From NCBI GenBank assembly GCA_963718915.1, contig CAVRAI010000004.1:570001-602000 (forward strand): a stretch of DNA of 32,000 nt. Reading direction: 5' to 3'. Each line of letters begins with the position of its first letter. Position 1 is the first letter of the stretch. Source of the DNA: an uncultured Chloroflexia bacterium (GTDB lineage: Bacteria; Chloroflexota; Ktedonobacteria; Ktedonobacterales; JADMIN01). The notes beneath the pieces were generated by a model, which had not been told where the DNA came from, searched no databases, and worked only from the letters and a program-made list of their open reading frames with translations. Made by a program: the position numbers and the translations under genes. Below are positions 25,380-32,000 of this stretch, piece after piece.

Positions 25380-26350
25380 ACAACATCACGATGGGGAAAG
25401 CACTCAATCTGGCGCTGCATGATGCGCTCGAACGTGACGATCACGTCGTTATGTTCGGCGAGGATGTCGGCAAGCTAGGCGGCGTCTTTCGGGTCAGCGA
25501 TGGCCTGCAAGACGAGTTTGGCCGGGAGCGTGTCTTCAACACACCGCTGGCGGAGGCGACGATTGCCGCGCTGGCGCTGGGGCTGGCGATGAAGGGGTTT
25601 CGCCCTGTCGCCGAAATGCAGTTCGATGCCTTCTCGTATCCCTCGTTCCAGCAGGTGACGAGCAACATCGCCAAGTATCACACCCGCACGAGCGGCGCGG
25701 TCAACATGCAACTGGTGATCCGCATTCCGTATGGCGGAAATATCGGCGCCATCGAGCAGCACTCCGAAAGCCCAGAGACCTACTATGTGCATACCGCTGG
25801 CCTGAAGGTGGTGACGCCCTCGACGCCAGAGGATGCGTACAGGTTACTGTCTGCCGCGATTCAAGACCCCGACCCGGTAATCTTTCTGGAGCCAAAGGCG
25901 CGCTACTGGATGCGTCAGGATGTCGAACTGCCTGCCACACCGCTGCCGCTAGATCGCGCGAATGTGGTGCGCGAGGGACGCGACGCGACGCTGATCGCCT
26001 ACGGGCCAACCGTGCAGACGGCGCTGGCCGCGGCGGAACAGGGCGAGGCTGAGGGTATCTCGCTGGAGGTCATCGACCTGCGCAGCCTCTCACCGCTCGA
26101 TATGGATACGTTGCGGGCTTCAGTGCGCAAGACGCGCCGGGCGGTGGTGGTGCATGAGGCGCCCGTCTTCATGGGGATGGGCGCTGAGATTGCCGCGCAG
26201 TTGATGCACGATCTTTTCGATGTGCTGGAGGCGCCCATCGAGCGTGTGGGCAACGCAACAATTCCTTATCCGCCGTCGCGCTTTGAGAAGCTCTTCCTGC
26301 CTGATGCCGACCGCATTCTCGAGGCCGTTGACCGGATTCGAGAGTACTAA
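25376..26350 (+). CDS. 2-oxoacid dehydrogenase E1 component beta subunit
   Basis: 324 aa with ALN.AL...L..D..V..FGEDVG..GGVFR...GL...FG..RV.NTPLAE. The GTG start overlaps the E1alpha stop (GTGA), which indicates translational coupling. Confidence 0.93.
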   Translation: MNNITMGKALNLALHDALERDDHVVMFGEDVGKLGGVFRVSDGLQDEFGRERVFNTPLAEATIAALALGLAMKGFRPVAEMQFDAFSYPSFQQVTSNIAKYHTRTSGAVNMQLVIRIPYGGNIGAIEQHSESPETYYVHTAGLKVVTPSTPEDAYRLLSAAIQDPDPVIFLEPKARYWMRQDVELPATPLPLDRANVVREGRDATLIAYGPTVQTALAAAEQGEAEGISLEVIDLRSLSPLDMDTLRASVRKTRRAVVVHEAPVFMGMGAEIAAQLMHDLFDVLEAPIERVGNATIPYPPSRFEKLFLPDADRILEAVDRIREY

Positions 26351-26389
26351 CAAGCGCGTCATAGTAGCGATGAAAAGGCATAGATACCT

Positions 26390-27629
26390 ATGAGTCAGTT
26401 TCTGCTTCCCGATCTCGGGGAGGGCCTGGAAGAGGCGCAGCTGGTGCAGTGGATGGTGCAGGTGGGTGACTCTGTTCACCTCAATCAGGCCATCTGCCAG
26501 GTCGAGACCGCCAAGGCGCTCGTAGATATTCCGTCACCCTATGCGGGGACGGTGCGCGTCCTCCATGCCCAGCCTGGCGATACTGTATTGGTTGGCGCGC
26601 CGCTGATAACCGTCGACGAGGCGCATACCGGCGCACAGCCCGCCGTCGCGGATGACGACCATCCGGCGGTGCTGGTGGGCTACGGCTCGGCCGGCCCAGC
26701 GGCGACCTTCGCACGGCGTCGGCGTGGCGCGGCTCCCGCTGCATCCGCGCCAGTCGTCGAGCAGGAAATCAAGGCTAGCCCGCTCGTGCGCAAGATTGCC
26801 CAGGAGCGTGGCATCGACCTCGCCATCATCAAAGGCACCGGCCCCGGCGGGCGCATTCGCACCGAGGATCTGGGTGCCGCGTCGGCGCACGCTGCCAGTC
26901 CGGCGTTGACTGCTCCGGTTGTAGCCGACGACGAAGAGCGTATCAGTACGGTTGGACTGCGCAAGGCTATTGCCGCCAAGATGATGAAGTCGGCGACGAC
27001 GATCCCGCACTTTGTCGAATATAGTCTGTTCGATGCTACCGCTGTGAGCGCGCTTCGCGACCAGATGCGTGGTATGGGTGGCGCGTTTGCTGGCCAGCGG
27101 CTGACCTTCCTGCCGTTCTTCGTGCGTGCCCTCGTCGCAGCGGTGCGGGAATATCCCATTATGAACTCGCGATGGGATGAGGAAGGCCACGCCATCGTAG
27201 TCAAGCGCAGCATTTCTGTGGGCATCGCCACCGATACAGAGCGCGGGCTGATTGTGCCGGTTATCCATGATGCGCACGCGATGAGTTTCGCCGAGATAGC
27301 GGCCGAGGTCGAGCGGCTGGTACCGCTGGCGCGCGGAGGCAAATTGGATGCGCGCGCGATGACCGGTGGAACGATAACCATCACCAACGTTGGCGCGGCG
27401 GGTCCGGTGGATACAGGAGCGCCGCTCATCAACGCGCCTGAGGCGTGTGTGGTCGGCTTTGGCGCGATCAAGCTGCGGCCTACGGTTGTCGGCGAACAGG
27501 TGCTGGCACGTCCCGGCGCGTGGATATCCATTGCCTGCGACCATCGCATTGTGGATGGCGCGACGGCGGCGCAGTTCATGGGCGCGCCTCGTCTCCGGGC
27601 TGGAGAACCCAGACACGCTGGTGCGGTAG
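26390..27629 (+). CDS. 2-oxoacid dehydrogenase E2 (dihydrolipoamide acyltransferase); reading frame disrupted about 45 nt before its natural stop
   Basis: The lipoyl domain (VETAKALVDIPSP), subunit-binding domain (SPLVRKIAQERGIDL..IKGTGPGGRI) and catalytic DHRIVDGA are in the frame that starts at 26390. The conserved C-terminus RLVSGLENPDTLVR-stop lies in the next frame and ends at 27629. The track ORF 26390..27904 is the read-through of the shifted frame. Confidence 0.85.
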
Positions 27630-27631
27630 CG

Positions 27632-28381
27632 CTACCCTTCGAGCAGGCCGCGTCGCATCGCGTATTTTACCAGTTCGGCGCGGCTGTGCAGGTTGAGTTT
27701 GTCCATCACATGGGTGCGGTGGGTATCCACCGTCTTGGGGCTGATGACGAGCCGCTCGCCAATCTGGTTGTTCGTATAGCCCTCGGCCACCAGCTTGAGG
27801 ATTTCGCGTTCGCGCTCCGTCAGCCCGCTATAGCTGTCATGCTCCTCACCCGCGCGCACCCGTTGCATATAGTCGCCGACCATCATCGCCTGGGCGGGCG
27901 GTGAGAGATAGAATCGGCCCGCGTAGACTGAGCGAATCGCCGAGATCAACTCGGTATCGGCCGCCTCTTTGAGGATGTAGCCCGATGCGCCCGCCCGCAG
28001 CACCTGAAAGAGATACTCCTCGTTCTCATGCATCGTCAACACCAGGACGCGCGTCTCTGGCAGCAGCTTCTTCACCTGGCGCGTCGCCTCGATGCCATTC
28101 AACTCAGGCATCGTGATATCCATCAGGATGACGTCGGGTTGCAGGCGCTGCGCCTCGGATACCGCCTGGCGTCCATCGCTCGCCTCGCCCACAATCTCGA
28201 TGTCAGGCTGCACGCTCAGCATCATCTTCAGGCCTGCCCGCAGAATGGTATGGTCGTCGGCAAGCAGCACGCGAATTGGCCCAGAATCTACTGTGCCTGG
28301 GGCCGTATCCTCGGTCTCAATCGCTCCTGGTATGAGATTTGTGCTATCGGCATTCATTCGCTTTTGCTCACCTGTCATCAT
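27632..28381 (-). CDS. NarL/FixJ-family response regulator (REC + LuxR-type HTH)
   Basis: IRVLLADDH, the phospho-acceptor context VILMDITMP and the C-terminal LTEREREILKLVAEGYTNNQIGERLVISPKTVDTHRTHVMDKL are present. An N-terminal extension of about 35 aa leaves the start uncertain (28381, 28378 or 28357). Confidence 0.9.
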   Translation of the reverse strand: MMTGEQKRMNADSTNLIPGAIETEDTAPGTVDSGPIRVLLADDHTILRAGLKMMLSVQPDIEIVGEASDGRQAVSEAQRLQPDVILMDITMPELNGIEATRQVKKLLPETRVLVLTMHENEEYLFQVLRAGASGYILKEAADTELISAIRSVYAGRFYLSPPAQAMMVGDYMQRVRAGEEHDSYSGLTEREREILKLVAEGYTNNQIGERLVISPKTVDTHRTHVMDKLNLHSRAELVKYAMRRGLLEG

Positions 28382-28397
28382 GATATCTGTATATCTG

Positions 28398-29516
28398 CTA
28401 TCCCGCGATCTGGCTTTCAGCGTGAGTCGTCGGTGCGGACTCTACGGCATGTGGCATGCGCGTCACCGGGATTCGCACACTGATCGTCGTGCCGTGCTCA
28501 CGCTGCGACTGGATATCCACCGACCCGTTGAGCAACGATGCTCTTTCCATCATACCGCCAAGGCCAAGCCCGCGATCCTGCCAGGGCGTGCGCATAACCG
28601 CCGGCGCGTCGAAACCGCAGCCATCGTCGGCGATGCGCACGTTGATCGCAGTGGAGCCTTCGGTCAGTGTCACCCAGGCTTTGTGGGCGTGGGCATGTTT
28701 CGCGGTATTGGTCAGCGACTCCTGGATGATGCGGTAGATCGCCGTCTCCATCTCGGCAGGCAATCTTTCCTTCAGTCCAGATGCCGAAAAATCGACGTCG
28801 ATGCCGCACTTCTGCTGGTACTCCTTGAAATACCAGCGCAGTGCGGGCAGCAGCCCGAGGTCGTCCAGCGCGCTCGGCCGCAGATCGATGCTCAGGTTAC
28901 GCACCGCCCGCAACGTCTGGTGCGCCAGGGCGCGGGTGTCGGCGATGCGTATCCGCGCCGTCTCTGATCCCACCGATTCTTCGAGCATGGCCAGGCTAAT
29001 GAGCAGCGAGGTCAGTACCTGGCTCGTCTCGTCGTGCAGCTCGCGGGCGATGCGCTTGCGCTCCTGCTCCTGCGCATGCAGAATCTGGATGGCGCGCGAC
29101 TTCGAAAGCTCGTCGATAGCCGCCAGCATCGTATTGAACGTCTTCGCCAGCGCGTCGGCGTCGGGATCAAAGCCGTTGACGGGCGCTTTGGAGGTCATAT
29201 CTCCTGCCTGCGCCTGTTGCATCGTTTCGCGCAGCCGGGTGAGCGGACTCAGGGCAAACTTGAGCAGCGCGTAGTTGATGACGACGCTGATAATCAGGCC
29301 GAGCAGCACGAAGCCGACCAGCACGACCAGACTGTTGGTGTCTTTGAGGCGCGTCGCCAGATAAGTGCCGAGAGTCGCGCCAAGCAGGATGACCAGACTA
29401 TTCGCGAACAGCACCTTATAGAGCAGTGGCAGCGCGAGTAGCTTATTCAGTCGCGCCGTCACCCGCGCCGATAGCGTACCATGCGATTGTTCCGAAGTAT
29501 CCATGACCCCGCTCAC
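28398..29516 (-). CDS. sensor histidine kinase, HisKA_3 (NarX/DesK/LiaS-like) with two TM helices and HAMP
   Basis: Two TM segments are separated by only a few residues (...RLKDTNS...), followed by a HAMP-like linker. The H-box is RIARELHDETSQ, and the HATPase N/G boxes are ESLTNTAKHA and DDGCGF, GLGLGGMMER. The start may instead be the ATG at 29504. Confidence 0.88.
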   Translation of the reverse strand: MSGVMDTSEQSHGTLSARVTARLNKLLALPLLYKVLFANSLVILLGATLGTYLATRLKDTNSLVVLVGFVLLGLIISVVINYALLKFALSPLTRLRETMQQAQAGDMTSKAPVNGFDPDADALAKTFNTMLAAIDELSKSRAIQILHAQEQERKRIARELHDETSQVLTSLLISLAMLEESVGSETARIRIADTRALAHQTLRAVRNLSIDLRPSALDDLGLLPALRWYFKEYQQKCGIDVDFSASGLKERLPAEMETAIYRIIQESLTNTAKHAHAHKAWVTLTEGSTAINVRIADDGCGFDAPAVMRTPWQDRGLGLGGMMERASLLNGSVDIQSQREHGTTISVRIPVTRMPHAVESAPTTHAESQIAG

Positions 29517-29548
29517 TACTGTACCAGTCGCAAGATGTGGCTATTCTC

Positions 29549-29577
29549 ATTGTACGCTGGCAGGTATCCCCTGTCAA
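29549..29577 (-). promoter_or_regulatory. near-consensus sigma70 promoter (TTGACA-17 nt-TACAAT on minus strand) for the kinase/regulator operon
   Basis: The reverse complement reads TTGACAggggatacctgccagcgTACAAT. It lies 33-45 nt upstream of the candidate kinase starts. Confidence 0.55.
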
Positions 29578-29609
29578 AAGCGCATGAGGGCGGCGTGTTG
29601 GTTACACTA

Positions 29610-30029
29610 TCAGCCCTCGCCGCCCAGGAGAACGCGGCGCAGCTCGTCGGGTAGTGGGGTGGCGCGCTCGGTCGCGGGGTCCATGGAGACGATGGTCATA
29701 CGGCCAGTGGCGAGCGTTGGGCCATCGGTTGATGCGGCGTTAGGCGGGTATGCCGCGAACGCTACGGTCCACGAGCTGGTACCCAACCGTTCGATTCGCG
29801 CCGTGACATCGATCTCGTCGTCGTAGCGGATCGCCCCCTGGAAGTCGCATTCGAGGTGCACGCGCGGGAAGGCGTACGACTTGAGCGAGGTGGCGTACTG
29901 AAAGCCAAGCGAGCGCATCAACTCATGCTCGGCGATCTCCATGTAGCGAAACATGGCCGTGAAATGGATGCGCGTGCTGCTATCGACGTCGACGAATGGC
30001 ACGCGGACATGAATGGTAACGCTGGGCAT
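29610..30029 (-). CDS. acyl-CoA thioesterase, 4HBT/YbgC (hotdog-fold) family
   Basis: 139 aa with VRVPFVDVDSSTRIHFTAMFRYMEIAEHELMRSLG, the typical hotdog N-terminus with catalytic Asp. GAAGGA SD is present. It lies 24 nt after the permease stop on the same strand. Confidence 0.8.
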   Translation of the reverse strand: MPSVTIHVRVPFVDVDSSTRIHFTAMFRYMEIAEHELMRSLGFQYATSLKSYAFPRVHLECDFQGAIRYDDEIDVTARIERLGTSSWTVAFAAYPPNAASTDGPTLATGRMTIVSMDPATERATPLPDELRRVLLGGEG

Positions 30030-30053
30030 AAATGATCCTTCTTCTCCAATCTC

Positions 30054-31463
30054 TTATTGCTGGTTTTGCGTTTCACTGGCGGACGTAGTACCTGCCTCTG
30101 GACGGCGTGGCGGGCGTCTCCGGCCACGCGCCTGCCGCCGTTGTTCTTCAGCAGCCTTGAGCCGCGGCACGACCGTCTGCACATAGACAAATGAGACGGC
30201 GAAGATAACGGCGGCGATGAGCAGCGGCAGCGGGGTGGGTGAGACAGCGGCGGCGATTCCCAGAAGTGTAAAGATCACAACGGTGAGTAGCGGAATCGTC
30301 CAGCCGAACGGGATGCGGAATGAGCGCTCGCTATCGGGCTGGCGGCGGCGTAACTGGATGACGCAGAGGCCCGCGGCGGCGTAGATGAGCGCCTCGAGCA
30401 CCGCGCCGATGAGAATCAGGATGTTGAACTCTCTGGTGATATCGATGATGATCGCGACCACTGCTGATGAACCTGCCAGAATCAGCACCGTCACCCACGG
30501 CACGGCGCGCGCGAGACTGAGGCGAGCGAAGATCGGCGGCAGTGTCGCCTCGCGGGCGGCGGCGTAGAGGAAGCGAGACGCGGTGGCAAAGCCGCCATTG
30601 AAGGTCATCACACCAGTAAACAGCGTTGCGATGAGCATCCAGATAACGCCAGCCTGGCCCAGTGTGGCGCGCCCCAGCAGCATCTGTGGCACGGGGCTGT
30701 CTTTGAGCGCGTCGATGCCGACGAGGTTGGTGGCGGCTGCGGTGAAGAGCGCGTAGGAGACAAAAAGCAGCCCCAGCGAGATGAACATGCCGCGTGGGAT
30801 GAGGCGTGTATCGGTCATCTCCTCCGAGAGCGGCGTCACCCACTCGAAGGCGGAGAAGACGAAGACGCCGACCGCGACGGCGTTGAGCAGGTTGCCGGGG
30901 TTGCCAAGACCCGCCAGGGGCTGATGCAGCGTGAAGCCGTGGCGCGAGAGAGCGAGGATCGAGATAATTGCCAGCGAGACGAGCAGCGCGTAAGTGGTGA
31001 TGTCCTGAAGCAATCCGGCGATGCGTATGCCGAACAGGTTCGCGCCCGCGGCCAGCCCCAGAATCAGCAGTATCCAGAGAATCGCGGGCGTCTGCGGGAG
31101 GACATAGCTGACGGCGCTGCCGACGACATAGCTATCGGCGGCGATGACGGCGACGATGGTGAGCACGTAGGCGAACGAGATGGTGAGTGAGGTCTTCTCA
31201 TTGAAGGCGGCGCGCAGATACTGCCGGATGGCCGCCGCCGAAGGGTAGAGCGCGTTCAGCTCGGAGAAGCAGAAAGCTGCCAGTAGCGCTAGAGCGCCCG
31301 CGATCAGCAGCGCAATCCAGGCGGAGTCGCCCGCCATGTAGCTCGCAACCTGGATGCACGCCAGCAAACTGATGGCGGCATAGGCCAGGCCAGTGCTGGT
31401 CGAGACGATGGTGCGAAAGTGCAGGACGCGGCGAAGGGTAGGCGCGGAGGCCGATGCGCTCAT
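30054..31463 (-). CDS. APC-superfamily amino acid/polyamine permease
   Basis: 469 aa with about 12 predicted TM segments and the APC-like N-terminus ...STSTGLAYAAISLLA...FSELNALYPSAAAIRQY. The protein has a basic C-terminal tail. Confidence 0.88.
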   Translation of the reverse strand: MSASASAPTLRRVLHFRTIVSTSTGLAYAAISLLACIQVASYMAGDSAWIALLIAGALALLAAFCFSELNALYPSAAAIRQYLRAAFNEKTSLTISFAYVLTIVAVIAADSYVVGSAVSYVLPQTPAILWILLILGLAAGANLFGIRIAGLLQDITTYALLVSLAIISILALSRHGFTLHQPLAGLGNPGNLLNAVAVGVFVFSAFEWVTPLSEEMTDTRLIPRGMFISLGLLFVSYALFTAAATNLVGIDALKDSPVPQMLLGRATLGQAGVIWMLIATLFTGVMTFNGGFATASRFLYAAAREATLPPIFARLSLARAVPWVTVLILAGSSAVVAIIIDITREFNILILIGAVLEALIYAAAGLCVIQLRRRQPDSERSFRIPFGWTIPLLTVVIFTLLGIAAAVSPTPLPLLIAAVIFAVSFVYVQTVVPRLKAAEEQRRQARGRRRPPRRPEAGTTSASETQNQQ

Positions 31464-31644
31464 AGGCGGTGAATCTCCCCGAACAGGCGTGATGAGGGCA
31501 GTATTGCCCCAATGCTAGCACGGCTGTCCAGCGAATGGAGTGGGAGTGATGGCAGCGCATGACATCATTTGACTGTTCGGAATCAGGCCACAGACTGATG
31601 CCTGCTGTACGCTCGCCTCGGACCACCGCCATATGCGAACCAGC

Positions 31645-32000
31645 CTACCCCGCCACATACTTCTCCAGCAGCAGCGCGTAACGTTCGCGGGCGCTTGCCG
31701 GGATAACCGCCGCGTCGGTGATGATGGCGTTCGCCAGGGCGCTGGAGCAGCCGCAGAGTGAGGCAGAGCGGTCAGCAGGCAGTTTCCCGGCTACATCACG
31801 GATGATACGCTGGGCGTTGGCGACGTTCTTTTGCAGGTTGGCGATCACCATCTCCACCGTTACCGTCTCCTCGCTCTCGCGCCAGACATCGTAATCGGTG
31901 ATGCAGGCAATCGTCGCGTAGCATAGCTCCGCCTCACGCGCCAACTTCGCCTCAGGCAGCGCGGTCATGCCGATCAGGTCACAGCCAAGCTGACGATAGA
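31645..32000 (-). CDS. mtnP: S-methyl-5'-thioadenosine phosphorylase, C-terminal part; the gene continues beyond the right edge
   Basis: On the minus strand, ...YRQLGCDLIGMTALPEAKLAREAELCYATIACITDYDVW... matches the MTAP signature region. The frame stays open to the window end. Confidence 0.88.
   Translation of the reverse strand, partial: YRQLGCDLIGMTALPEAKLAREAELCYATIACITDYDVWRESEETVTVEMVIANLQKNVANAQRIIRDVAGKLPADRSASLCGCSSALANAIITDAAVIPASARERYALLLEKYVAG

Noticed and set aside
26390-27904. Taking the 504-aa track ORF at face value as an E2 with a novel C-terminal extension.
   Set aside because: The extension is low-complexity and overlaps the response-regulator gene antisense by 273 nt. 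The canonical E2 terminus is present one frame over, ending at 27629. A 1-nt indel is the simpler explanation.
1-32000. Mobile elements, CRISPR arrays, tRNA/rRNA/tmRNA/RNase P genes, toxin-antitoxin pairs or defence islands.
   Set aside because: I scanned intergenic regions and ORF translations for transposase or integrase motifs, regularly spaced direct repeats, GGTTCGAATCC-type T-arms and RNase P/tmRNA signature strings, and found none. The only repeats are short local palindromes.

Overview
This is a high-GC bacterial chromosomal window made up almost entirely of housekeeping and catabolic genes. I found no rRNA, tRNA, CRISPR array, transposase, integrase or phage-like gene. Left to right it holds: a partial alpha/beta hydrolase; a cysS-rlmB-yacP block with Firmicute-like gene order; an Lrp-type ligand-binding protein with fadD and an SDR; and dnaA, which has a long domain II, no dnaN downstream and no obvious DnaA-box cluster. 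These are followed by a HAD-IIA phosphatase, a K+-independent H+-pyrophosphatase, a PLD-family protein, an ABM monooxygenase-like protein, mce-pccB, a DUF72 protein, a Ser/Thr kinase and a redoxin-like protein. Next is an amino-acid catabolism cluster: hppD, hmgA, a short isopropylmalate/homocitrate-synthase-like gene, an orphan double zinc-ribbon gene, and 2-oxoacid dehydrogenase E1alpha/E1beta/E2. The window ends with a NarL-type two-component system, a thioesterase, an APC permease and the 3' part of mtnP. I did not find a convincing novel multi-gene system. The leads worth a second look are:
- a single-base frame disruption at the 3' end of the E2 gene;
- a CysRS whose KMSKS loop reads KIAHS;
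- three unusually long, hairpin-rich non-coding regions, upstream of cysS, hppA and hppD;
- an A/T-richer orphan gene with two Cys4 motifs inside the catabolic cluster;
- a dnaA locus with no recognisable origin.
All homology calls come from reading the translations by eye, since no database search was possible.
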